Source of the DNA: Actinomycetes bacterium
GTDB taxonomy: Bacteria; Actinomycetota; Acidimicrobiia; Spongiisociales; JAHEDJ01
DNA length: 64,000 bases
Assembly (NCBI GenBank): GCA_024641245.1
Contig: JAHEDK010000002.1
Location: forward strand, 167,136 to 231,135
Direction of reading: 5' to 3'
Made by a program: the position numbers and the translations under genes. This document shows positions 52,940-61,799 of the stretch, piece by piece; position 1 is the stretch's first letter, and each line of letters starts with the position of its first letter. A model generated the notes under the pieces. It worked only from the letters and a program-made list of their open reading frames with translations. It was not told the origin of the DNA and ran no database searches.

Positions 52940-53935
52940 CTACGGCAGGCGGCCTGCTCCGTGGCAACTCACGCAGAGGGCATCCGGGATGTTCTTCAGC
53001 AAGTACGCCTTGGTAGACGTATGCGGATAGTCGAAGGATGTCCCATCATCGGGATTGCCGTGGCAGCGCGTGCAGCGCGGATGGTTGTTGTGCGTTTCCG
53101 AGTCCACTCTTGGCTCGTGGCACGATCCGCACCACGCATCCGACCCATCCCGTCCGTCCCACACCAGTGGTGCGTTGGCGAACTGGAAGTTCGGGTTGCG
53201 CGACAACAGCTTGTACCCGTAGGCGTACGAAGTGAAGGCATCACCGTCGGAGTCCTCGAGCGTCGCGTAAGCACAGGCAGCGTTGAATCCGTCTCCAAGC
53301 ACCACCGCGCCATCAGCGGCTGCGCACCAATGCCAGACACCTTCGGCCCCGTCGAAATCGAGGGCCAAAGGAGCACCCCTGCTACCAGCGGCAACAGTTG
53401 TGCCCTCATCGGCAGGGTATACCCACTTGTTGATCAATTGGCCGAAGTCACCGTGTGGCGTGTGGCAGGTGCCGCACGACAACGAGCCTTCGACGGCCGA
53501 GTTCGTAGTACGGCCGTCATACCCGAAAATGAACGCACCATCAGGGCTCACCGAAGCCCCCGGCGTGTGTCCGTTCCCCAGGTTGGAGCTGTACACAGCC
53601 CGATCCGAGGCGGTACCCGACGGCGCTGCCGCCGACCAACCAGGTCGCGGACCTGTGGGATCGGCGCCCATATAGCTATGGCAGGTCGCACAGACGGCCT
53701 CGATGCTGGACAACGCCATCAACGCGTAGGCGCCGGCGGCGTCGTGCACGTCGTGACACTGCAGGCAGAAGTCCGTCGAGGCGCTGTAGCCACCGTGGGG
53801 CGACACGTTGCCGTCATAGGGATCTCCTAGTGCTGGTGGCTCCGTCGGCGTCTGCGCGACGGCAGCCGTCATCGGCACCAACAACGCAGCCACCATGCAG
53901 ACAACGAGACCGACGGTTCGTATTCGTCGTCTCAA
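52940..53935 (-). CDS. secreted hexahaem cytochrome c
   Basis: Six CXXCH motifs: CLQCH, CATCH, CGTCH, CGSCH, CTRCH, CVSCH. I prefer TTG 53935, which follows GGAGGAGGG and gives the signal peptide (M)RRRIRTVGLVVCMVAALLVPMTAAVAQ. Confidence 0.8.
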   Translation of the reverse strand: MRRRIRTVGLVVCMVAALLVPMTAAVAQTPTEPPALGDPYDGNVSPHGGYSASTDFCLQCHDVHDAAGAYALMALSSIEAVCATCHSYMGADPTGPRPGWSAAAPSGTASDRAVYSSNLGNGHTPGASVSPDGAFIFGYDGRTTNSAVEGSLSCGTCHTPHGDFGQLINKWVYPADEGTTVAAGSRGAPLALDFDGAEGVWHWCAAADGAVVLGDGFNAACAYATLEDSDGDAFTSYAYGYKLLSRNPNFQFANAPLVWDGRDGSDAWCGSCHEPRVDSETHNNHPRCTRCHGNPDDGTSFDYPHTSTKAYLLKNIPDALCVSCHGAGRLP

Positions 53936-54249
53936 TTCACCCTCCTCCCGATCGGGCGCTAGCCCGACGTCATGGGAGCCGACCGCTCCCTCCAGTCCCT
54001 TTCCAAACCGTTCCCCGTGCCGCCCTGCGACTCGGGGTGCCCAATCAACGATCAGGATAATCAGACCTTTTAGGTCAAAATATGCCGATAGCACTTGGCG
54101 TATTCATCACTCTATGTGTTTGTCGACACGGCGTCAAGTTGGAGAAGGGCCCCATAACGACAGGGCCGTTCGGCCCTATCAACGAGGCACACCGCACTAC
54201 CGAAATCGGCCGGAACAGGTATTATTTATCTCAGGGTGGCGGAGGATAA

Positions 54250-55752
54250 TTGACCAAACTCGTCAAGTTTCGAGTAATGGGTGTATTTCGTCAGCGGATC
54301 GTGCTTGCGACCACGCTGAGCGTTTTCTTCGGCGTTCTCACGTTCCTGCCGGCTGCAGCCGGGCCCGGCCAACCCGCGGACGCAGCAGCAAGTTCGATGC
54401 CCCTCACAATCCTTGCGATGGCGCAGGCAGCTGAGTTCCCGGATCCCCACGGCCTCCTCAACGCCAACAGCAACGGGTGTCTCTCCTGCCACGACACACA
54501 CGACGCGCCCGGGCCGGCGTTGCTGGCAACTGCCACCGAAAAGGAAGCCTGCTACCGGTGTCACGATGGGAGCGGTGCCACGGCCAACATCCGGGCAGCA
54601 TTCGGTGAGTCGATACTCGGGGAGAGTACCCAACGTTCATACCATCCCCTCCCCCACGCGCTCGACGGATACTCGGTAACTTGTGGCGACTGCCACACGC
54701 CGCATCAGGCTCGATCCGAGTTCACGAAGCTCCTGCGTATCAACGACGGTTCCGGCGGCTGGGTCTACTCGCCGACCGACACACCGATTGGCAACACCTA
54801 CTGCTACCGGTGCCACGGCACCGATTCTCCATTCCCCGCACCATTCGGCGATCAGACCACGTTCGAGGGAGGCGTACACCAGGTGCTCGGTGGCGATCCT
54901 CCCTCGGGATCGGGCATCCAGTGCGTGAACTGTCACGACGGCCACGGTTCGGCCTACCCGGGCCTCTCGCAACAAGAGGCCACCTGCTTCACCTGCCACA
55001 ACACGGCAACGCCCAACACCAACCCCGATCTGCCCTTCGACACCACCGAACTCGAGTACGCCTTCACGGCCGTAGCCAACGACTACGACGCCACCGACGC
55101 CGACGGCTTGATTCGCATCTACCACCACCCCATCGGCGACGATGAACAAGACGGCGGGAGCCGTCGGGTCGAGTGCGCCTCATGCCACAACGCTCATCGA
55201 GTTGACCGCGACTACTCAGGAACTGGGAGCAAGATTTCGAATCCGGGAGACACCCGGGGGGACGTCGCCATTACGTGGACGGACGGCACGTTCACCCGGG
55301 GCACCATCTCACAGTTTTGCGTTGCGTGTCACCAGGACCCGGCCACGACCGCTCCAATCAACGCCGGCACCTGGGTCCCCTACGACATACGGCTCACCGA
55401 CGACTCAGCCGTCCTCAACGGGAGCGGCGGACCCCACGACACTTTCGACGCAACGTACTATTTCACCAACGAACGGTCTGACCACGGTGCGGGCGCCCAA
55501 CTCGCCTGCACCGCCTGCCACGACCCGCATGGCTCATCGAACGCCTACATGTTGCGCGAGAATGTGATCAGCCCTGGCGGAGCGGGTGTGCCCGCCGGCA
55601 CCGTCGGCCCTCGGGTGACCGGATTCGTCGATGAGGACACCCCAGAACAACAGACAATCCTCTCGGGCTTCTGTGGCAGCTGCCACGGCGATCACCACAC
55701 CCCCAACAGGCTCTGCACACAGTGCCACAATCACGGATCGCCGCGGTTCTGA
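54250..55752 (+). CDS. secreted undecahaem cytochrome c
   Basis: Eleven CXXCH motifs. The signal peptide is FRQRIVLATTLSVFFGVLTFLPAAA. The TTG start is preceded by GGCGGAGGA. Confidence 0.85.
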   Translation: MTKLVKFRVMGVFRQRIVLATTLSVFFGVLTFLPAAAGPGQPADAAASSMPLTILAMAQAAEFPDPHGLLNANSNGCLSCHDTHDAPGPALLATATEKEACYRCHDGSGATANIRAAFGESILGESTQRSYHPLPHALDGYSVTCGDCHTPHQARSEFTKLLRINDGSGGWVYSPTDTPIGNTYCYRCHGTDSPFPAPFGDQTTFEGGVHQVLGGDPPSGSGIQCVNCHDGHGSAYPGLSQQEATCFTCHNTATPNTNPDLPFDTTELEYAFTAVANDYDATDADGLIRIYHHPIGDDEQDGGSRRVECASCHNAHRVDRDYSGTGSKISNPGDTRGDVAITWTDGTFTRGTISQFCVACHQDPATTAPINAGTWVPYDIRLTDDSAVLNGSGGPHDTFDATYYFTNERSDHGAGAQLACTACHDPHGSSNAYMLRENVISPGGAGVPAGTVGPRVTGFVDEDTPEQQTILSGFCGSCHGDHHTPNRLCTQCHNHGSPRF

Positions 55753-55936
55753 TGACAGACCCGACCTCCATCACCCGGCGAATGCCATTGGGCCCTACAG
55801 GACACAATTCGACCGCGGGTACCGTCGCGTTAGGACCCGCGGGTGCTGTCAGGAACCGCGGATTGGGCCACATGGGAGAGAGGCGAGGGCCCGCAATGGT
55901 TTGTGAATGCCGTGAGTGGTCGAGAGGGGGCCCACG

Positions 55937-56362
55937 GTGTTGATCACCCGCGAGGTCGACTACGCCGTGCGCTGTGTTCTCGACGTAGCCCGCACCGGGC
56001 ACACCTCCACCGGAGCAGTCGCCGAACGGGCCGGGATACCCCCATCGATCCTCGGGCGCATCGTGGCGGCTGTATCGAAAGCCGGCATACTCACTACCAG
56101 ACGAGGAGTCAAAGGCGGCATCGATCTTGCGCGCGATCCAAGCGAGATCAGCCTGCTTGACGTCATAGAGGCGGTGCAAGGTCCGCTCTTCGTCAACATC
56201 TGCTGCGAGCATCCCGAAACCTGTGACGCCGCTACCAACTGTCCGATCCGACCCGTCTGCGAGGACGCCTTCGACGAGCTGAGACGGGTCTTCTCGGTGA
56301 CCTACGACACATTGCTCAACGGCGGCCACGTTCCTCTCCGCCCGTTCGTCCAAGAGGAGTAG
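55937..56362 (+). CDS. Rrf2 family transcriptional regulator with CX5CX5C(X5C) Fe-S-type cysteine cluster
   Basis: VLITREVDYAVRCVLDVA...winged HTH, then CCEHPETCDAATNCPIRPVC, spaced as in IscR/NsrR-type cluster ligands. Confidence 0.85.
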   Translation: MLITREVDYAVRCVLDVARTGHTSTGAVAERAGIPPSILGRIVAAVSKAGILTTRRGVKGGIDLARDPSEISLLDVIEAVQGPLFVNICCEHPETCDAATNCPIRPVCEDAFDELRRVFSVTYDTLLNGGHVPLRPFVQEE

Positions 56363-56423
56363 GCGTGTATTACCTGGGGACCATTGCGGCCTATAGCGCA
56401 CCCCATCTCGTCGGGTTTTCGCG

Positions 56424-57296
56424 ATGAAGCGACGAACCCAGCTTTACGCGCTCGGCGGACTCCTCATTGTTGTTTCGTTTGCCGCCTGGCGGTTGACGGA
56501 CGATCCGGCAATCGAACCACCGCTGATCCCGATCGCAGCAACCGCCGTGGTCGCAGACTCCGACTTCGACGCGTGCCTCGAGTGCCACGACGACATCGAG
56601 CAATCCCTCCAAGCCGGACTGGTGCAACTCATCGGATTTCGACACGAAGAGCACTTCTCGAATTCCGGCGACGTCGGTTGCGGCAACTGCCACGGTCTCG
56701 ACACGCACGATCGCACCCCGCCGCAGGCACCGACCATGGAGGATTGTTTTTCGTGCCACCTCGACGCCGGGCCGGCTGCCGAGTTGCCGTGTCTCCGCTG
56801 TCACGACAACGCCACTGTGCCACCGCCGCAGAGCCACTTCACCTCAGAGTGGCGCGACGTTCACGGCTCCGGCGCCCTGCTCAGCCAGTCGCTGTGCGAG
56901 ACCTGCCACTCGCGACAAGATTTCTGCACGGCGTGCCACGGTGTCGATATTCCGCATCCAGACGGATGGACCGGCTATCCACACGCACGTGCGACGTTCG
57001 ATTCGGGCATCGAGTCGTGTGCACGCTGCCACGAGCGCGGTCCGGAACTGACGGCTCGCGACGAATGTGACGGCTGCCACCATCCGCAGAACCCCGCAGA
57101 ACCCATCTGGAAGGATGCTCACCCAGAGGTGGTCCGAAGCCAGGGTGGCTCGACGTGCTTCGAGTGCCACGACCCCAACACATGCGCCACATGTCACACA
57201 TCGGGAGTTGAAGACTTCTCCGCCGATCTCAACCGGCTCGAAGTGCCCGGCCCACCAAAGGTCACGGAGTCACCGCCCGAGGACGGTGACTCGTGA
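56424..57296 (+). CDS. membrane-anchored decahaem cytochrome c
   Basis: N-terminal TM helix (LYALGGLLIVVSFAAW) and ten CXXCH motifs in 290 aa. Contains the repeated module CxxCH-x3-4-CxxCHG.DIPHPD.W. Confidence 0.85.
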   Translation: MKRRTQLYALGGLLIVVSFAAWRLTDDPAIEPPLIPIAATAVVADSDFDACLECHDDIEQSLQAGLVQLIGFRHEEHFSNSGDVGCGNCHGLDTHDRTPPQAPTMEDCFSCHLDAGPAAELPCLRCHDNATVPPPQSHFTSEWRDVHGSGALLSQSLCETCHSRQDFCTACHGVDIPHPDGWTGYPHARATFDSGIESCARCHERGPELTARDECDGCHHPQNPAEPIWKDAHPEVVRSQGGSTCFECHDPNTCATCHTSGVEDFSADLNRLEVPGPPKVTESPPEDGDS

Positions 57297-58309
57297 GTCT
57301 GTCCCCGGTACCCATCGGACCGGCGGGACGCTCGCCCGGAATCCCATTCCCGGCACCACCGACCGCCCTCCGGCGATTCTCAACGCAACCACCGCCACCT
57401 CCCGACGGCGAGCCATCTCGCCGTCCCGAGCTTCGTGCCCTCGGTGACGGGGCGGGCTCGGGAAGGGACAACAGGGCATCGGAGCCACGCGGGTCTCGCT
57501 GGCTTCGGCGCCTCGTCATCATCGTCGCGACCGTCGGCGCCCTCGTATTCGTCGCCTCCTGGAGCTACGCCTCGTCATCGCGCAACATGTGCGGAAGCTG
57601 TCATAGCGTCTCGGCGGCTGCAGAATCCGCCGGTGATTCGGTGCACGCAGATATCCCGTGCCTCGCCTGCCACAGGCAAGCGGGCATCGTCGGAGCGTTC
57701 ACCTACCTCCCTGTGCTGCTGCGCGAGTCTGTTCACGAGCTGACTGGACTCTCTATCGCCGAAGGAGTGCTCGACCCCGTCGGATGTGGTTCTTGTCACT
57801 CTTTCCTATCCGACGCGGCGGCGCGAGGCGATCATCCGGACGAGACAGCAGAATGCTCGTCCTGCCACGGCAACGTAGCCCACCCGGGAGCCGGGACGGC
57901 TCCGGAAGGGGACGGCCATCCGTCCGGGTTCTTCGCTTTCCACGGCCGGGATTCCGTCGCTTCGCCCGGATCATGCGCAGAATGCCATAAGAACGACTTC
58001 TGCTCGGCCTGCCACTTCCGCACGGAGTATCCGCATCCGGAAACCTGGACGTCGCTCCATGGTCCGGCGTCAATCGAAGGCGGCCCCGCTGCTTGTGTGA
58101 TGTGCCACGAGCCCACGTACTGTTCGAGCTGTCACGGCGCCGACATCCCCCATCCGGACAACTGGTTCGAGATCCATCATCGGGCAACCGACCCGGCAGT
58201 CGGGTCGGCCTGCCTATCGTGCCATGCAGCCTCCGAGTGCTCCTCCTGCCACGTCCGGCACTCAGTTCACAACGAGCAAGGGCTCTACCAGTGGGACCTC
58301 AAGCCATGA
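57293..58309 (+). CDS. membrane-anchored decahaem cytochrome c with Pro/Arg-rich cytoplasmic N-terminus (NapC/NirT-like layout)
   Basis: 4-bp overlap with the upstream gene. The TM helix LVIIVATVGALVFVASW is followed almost immediately by the first haem motif (SSSRNMCGSCHS). Ten CXXCH motifs in total. Confidence 0.85.
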   Translation: MSLSPVPIGPAGRSPGIPFPAPPTALRRFSTQPPPPPDGEPSRRPELRALGDGAGSGRDNRASEPRGSRWLRRLVIIVATVGALVFVASWSYASSSRNMCGSCHSVSAAAESAGDSVHADIPCLACHRQAGIVGAFTYLPVLLRESVHELTGLSIAEGVLDPVGCGSCHSFLSDAAARGDHPDETAECSSCHGNVAHPGAGTAPEGDGHPSGFFAFHGRDSVASPGSCAECHKNDFCSACHFRTEYPHPETWTSLHGPASIEGGPAACVMCHEPTYCSSCHGADIPHPDNWFEIHHRATDPAVGSACLSCHAASECSSCHVRHSVHNEQGLYQWDLKP

Positions 58310-59157
58310 AAGGCATCCGGGTGCTCATGACTGTGGTCCTCACTCTCGTACTCGCTGAGGTGACGCTCGTGGCCTTCGTGACCTTCTCCGAGGATGCCCG
58401 GGGCGCGGTCACCGACGCGTGGGCCAAGACCGTGAACGCGTGGGCCGGCTCGGAGGAGCGGGCAGGCAATTTCGAGCTGCTCCTGTCGTCTGCAGACGAG
58501 TTCGCTGCTGAATGGGTCCAGCCATTGTGGAGCGCGCCGGAGGCGGCTCCGGCCGGCACCGGATTCTCCGAATGCGTGACCTGCCACACGGATTACGCCG
58601 AACGTCGCCTGTTCACCGGCGTCTTCATGAATCATCCACTGCATTCGGAGTTGGGAATCGCGTGCGCCGAATGCCACACCGACGTTGCGCATCCCCTCCC
58701 TCTCCCTCCGGCCGAAGAGACTTGTGCAGGGTGCCACAATCAAGTCGAACGAGACGGCCCGGCCTCCGACTGTAGCTATTGCCACAAACCTGGCTCGCTG
58801 GCGCACTATCAGTCACTTGGCGTTCCCGACGGAGCCGCCAACTGCAGCACCTGCCACCTTCCGGATTCGTTCGGGCACACCGATCAGCACGCCTTGACGG
58901 TTACTCCAAGCTTCGATGGAACCGATTCCGCCGTCTGCCTCAACTGCCATCAGGCGGCCGCCTGCGCTCGATGCCATGATTCCTCCCACCCGGCCGACTG
59001 GGTATCCCTTCACGGCGCAGAGGTCCAGGACGCCGGTACCGGCGCCGGCTCCTGCGCGGCGTGTCATTCGACAAACTGGTGCGCTGGAGCCTGCCACCTG
59101 AGTGGAACTCTCCAGGGCGGCAGGCTGCTCCCCCTACCGATCGGAGACGATGACTGA
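58306..59157 (+). CDS. membrane-anchored octahaem cytochrome c (plus one CX3CH motif)
   Basis: ATGA overlap, with ATG 58306 inside the longer track ORF. N-terminal TM helix. Eight CXXCH motifs and a C-terminal CAGACH. Confidence 0.85.
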   Translation: MKGIRVLMTVVLTLVLAEVTLVAFVTFSEDARGAVTDAWAKTVNAWAGSEERAGNFELLLSSADEFAAEWVQPLWSAPEAAPAGTGFSECVTCHTDYAERRLFTGVFMNHPLHSELGIACAECHTDVAHPLPLPPAEETCAGCHNQVERDGPASDCSYCHKPGSLAHYQSLGVPDGAANCSTCHLPDSFGHTDQHALTVTPSFDGTDSAVCLNCHQAAACARCHDSSHPADWVSLHGAEVQDAGTGAGSCAACHSTNWCAGACHLSGTLQGGRLLPLPIGDDD

Positions 59158-59819
59158 TGGCGAATCGACGAACCTTGCTCGTGCTCGTGGGCACGATCGG
59201 TGCGGTGGCAGCTGCTGCGGCCATCTGGATCGTAGGCGGCGCCGATCCGGATCCACTCATCGCCGAGGTGGATGGGATTCCGATCCGGCAATCACAAGCG
59301 GACTCGCGGATTGAAGGCATCGCCTCGATTCACGGCGACATCACGACGACGCTCGGTAGCGAGTGGAGAGCCACCGTGCTGCAGTCCCTCGTCGATGACG
59401 TGATCGTTCAGATCGAAGCCGACCGGAGATCCCTCGAACCGACCGATGCCGATCTCGAACAAGCAGTCGCCGATACCAAGGCAATGGTGGGTACCGATGC
59501 GGACTGGGAGATCTGGCTTACGGACCAGGGGCTCGACGACGAGGAAGTTGAGCGGCGCCTGACCACCCAGATCAGGACCAACCGTGTGTACGACGCGGTC
59601 ACCGCCGATGTGACTATCGCGCGCACCGACCTCGAGGCCTACTACGAGGCGAACCTCGACCAGTTCACCGTCGACGGCGCCGTCAGAGAACTCTCCGAGG
59701 TCGAAGAGCAAATCAAGGTGGCCGTTGAAAGCATGATGCGAGATCGCGTCTACGCCGAGTGGATCGACGCCCGCCGGGCCGAAGTCATCCTGGAGGTGGT
59801 GCACGATGACTGGCGATAG
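59157..59819 (+). CDS. membrane-anchored SurA-N-terminal-like chaperone domain protein (no PPIase domain seen)
   Basis: TGATG overlap with the octahaem gene. A TM anchor is followed by IAEVDGIPIRQSQADSRIEGI..., resembling SurA_N/PrsA N-domains. The call is tentative. Confidence 0.5.
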   Translation: MANRRTLLVLVGTIGAVAAAAAIWIVGGADPDPLIAEVDGIPIRQSQADSRIEGIASIHGDITTTLGSEWRATVLQSLVDDVIVQIEADRRSLEPTDADLEQAVADTKAMVGTDADWEIWLTDQGLDDEEVERRLTTQIRTNRVYDAVTADVTIARTDLEAYYEANLDQFTVDGAVRELSEVEEQIKVAVESMMRDRVYAEWIDARRAEVILEVVHDDWR

Positions 59820-60480
59820 GCAACCCGCCGACAGGGAGCAGAATGTCAACGTCCTCCTGGTCATTGTCGGCTTGTTGACGCTCCTCGTGGTCGGGCTCGG
59901 TGCAGCCGTTGTCTTCATCCAACTCAACTCCGATCCGGTCCCCCAGACGGTTGCCGAACGGGACCTCAATCTCTGGCTGCGCCTCGCCGACGACAATCCT
60001 GATGCCGTATGGGCACAGGTCGGCCTGGGGCAAGCACACCTGGCAGGCCAGGATATGGAGGCCGCCCGGGCTGCCTTCGCAGCGGCCCTGGCCATCGATC
60101 CGGCTTCGCCGGAAGCACTGTTCCAGATGGGGCTCCTCGTCCGAGCAGAGGATCCGAATCTGGCCGTCGATTACCTTCGGCGAGCCGTCGAAGCCGCAAC
60201 GGGAGCAGACAAGGCGCGCCCGAACCTGGCGCTCGGAGATCTTCTGATGGAGCGAGGCGACTGGGAAGCGGCGCGGCTGGCCTATGAGTCGTCCATAGCC
60301 AATCTCCCCTTCCTATTGCCCGCGCACCTGGGACTTGCCCGGTCCCTCGAAGCGCTCGGTGACTCCGACGGTGCCCTTGCCGCCTACCTCCAGGCCTCGG
60401 CCTTCGATCCGACGGATCCCGAGATCAAGGAGGCGATCACTCGCCTCGGAGGCACCCAACCCGAGACAACGAACCCGTAG
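59806..60480 (+). CDS. membrane-anchored TPR repeat protein
   Basis: TM helix followed by TPR-like repeats (AQVGLGQAHLAGQDMEAARAAFAAALAIDP..., LALGDLLMERGDWEAARLAYESSI..., HLGLARSLEALGDSDGALAAYLQASAFDP). Confidence 0.7.
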   Translation: MTGDRQPADREQNVNVLLVIVGLLTLLVVGLGAAVVFIQLNSDPVPQTVAERDLNLWLRLADDNPDAVWAQVGLGQAHLAGQDMEAARAAFAAALAIDPASPEALFQMGLLVRAEDPNLAVDYLRRAVEAATGADKARPNLALGDLLMERGDWEAARLAYESSIANLPFLLPAHLGLARSLEALGDSDGALAAYLQASAFDPTDPEIKEAITRLGGTQPETTNP

Positions 60481-60488
60481 GAGCACCG

Positions 60489-61655
60489 ATGGACAGACCA
60501 CCACCAGGACCGATTGCGCACCAGCCACCGCCGTCTCCAGCGCCGGAATCGGGCAATGCCACCCAGACCACTCGCCGCCTAATGATCGGCATGATCATCG
60601 TGCTGTCACTCGCTGCCATCGGCCTGCTCATCCTCCTCCTGTTGCTCCTTCGATCCGGGGAGGAGCCCCAGTCGCTGGCGATGCCCGACGATTGCCCGCT
60701 CGACATCTCCCGCTCGGTATACGGATACGGAGCGGAGTTGGATCAGTTGCTCAACAAGCCGCTGGCCGTCACATTCGACGGCAGTGAGAACCTCTGGGTC
60801 TCCGATACCGGGAACGGGCGGGTCCTGGCACTCGACACCGATGGGAACCTTCTCAGAATCATCGGCACCGAGGAGGGGGCCGGCCGAATGTTCAGCCCGT
60901 ATGGCCTCGCCTTCGATGAGACCTACCAACGGCTCTACGTTGCCGACTGGACAGCCCGATTCGTGTTCATCTATTCGCCGGACGGGCGGTACATCGAGCG
61001 CATACCCGCAGATGACCAGGATTTGACGATCTTCGGCGAAGCCGGGTTCACGCCGTTCCATGTCGAGGTATGGGGGGCGCAGATAATCGTCTCCAGCAAC
61101 GATGGGCTGTATTTCTTCGACCGGGCGGGGCATGTCACCGACCACTGGGGCCAACGTGGGGCTGAGGCCGGGGAGTTTGCGTTCCCCGATGCCTTCGACA
61201 TCGACCGCACCGCCGGAACGTTCTACGTCGCGGACACTCTCAATCGTCGGGTCGTCGCACTCGATTCCGCAGGCGAAGTCCTGTGGATCTCCGGCCGGCC
61301 AGACCAGGCAGGGGCAATCACCGGGTTCTGGCAGCTCCCGCGGTCTATCACCGTCGGGCAGGACGGAAATGTGTACGTCGTCGACACATTCAGGGCGCAG
61401 GAGAAGTGCTCCGGGATGGGACACGTTGTGGTGCTCGATCCCGGCGGCGAACTCGTCTCCGAATTTGGAGCGGCCGGCAGCCAGGAATGGGCGTTCAGTT
61501 TCCCGGAGAAGCTCGCAATCGGTCCAAACGGTACATTCGGGCTCGCTGACCGAGAAAAGGGTCGCGTGGTGGTGTTCGACGTTGGACAGCTTCCACCGGC
61601 CGACGAGTCCGAGGCGGACAAGTACCTGCAATCGTTCACCCGCTTCGATGATTGA
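60489..61655 (+). CDS. membrane-anchored NHL-repeat beta-propeller protein
   Basis: TM helix followed by about six NHL-like repeats (PLAVTFDGSENLWVSDTGNGRVLALD, PYGLAFDETYQRLYVADW, PDAFDIDRTAGTFYVADTLNRRVVALD, PRSITVGQDGNVYVVDT, PEKLAIGPNGTFGLADREKGRVVVFD). Confidence 0.8.
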   Translation: MDRPPPGPIAHQPPPSPAPESGNATQTTRRLMIGMIIVLSLAAIGLLILLLLLLRSGEEPQSLAMPDDCPLDISRSVYGYGAELDQLLNKPLAVTFDGSENLWVSDTGNGRVLALDTDGNLLRIIGTEEGAGRMFSPYGLAFDETYQRLYVADWTARFVFIYSPDGRYIERIPADDQDLTIFGEAGFTPFHVEVWGAQIIVSSNDGLYFFDRAGHVTDHWGQRGAEAGEFAFPDAFDIDRTAGTFYVADTLNRRVVALDSAGEVLWISGRPDQAGAITGFWQLPRSITVGQDGNVYVVDTFRAQEKCSGMGHVVVLDPGGELVSEFGAAGSQEWAFSFPEKLAIGPNGTFGLADREKGRVVVFDVGQLPPADESEADKYLQSFTRFDD

Positions 61656-61799
61656 GGGTGACGGACCCGGGCCGAAGGCCCAATCATCAAAGGTGTTCCT
61701 GACCCTTTAGTAAGTGACTCAGGTCCCTGGAGCGGCCGGCAGGTCATGCGATAGCTTGACGAGGAGAGATCGGACCAACAACCGATCCCGGAGAGATCG

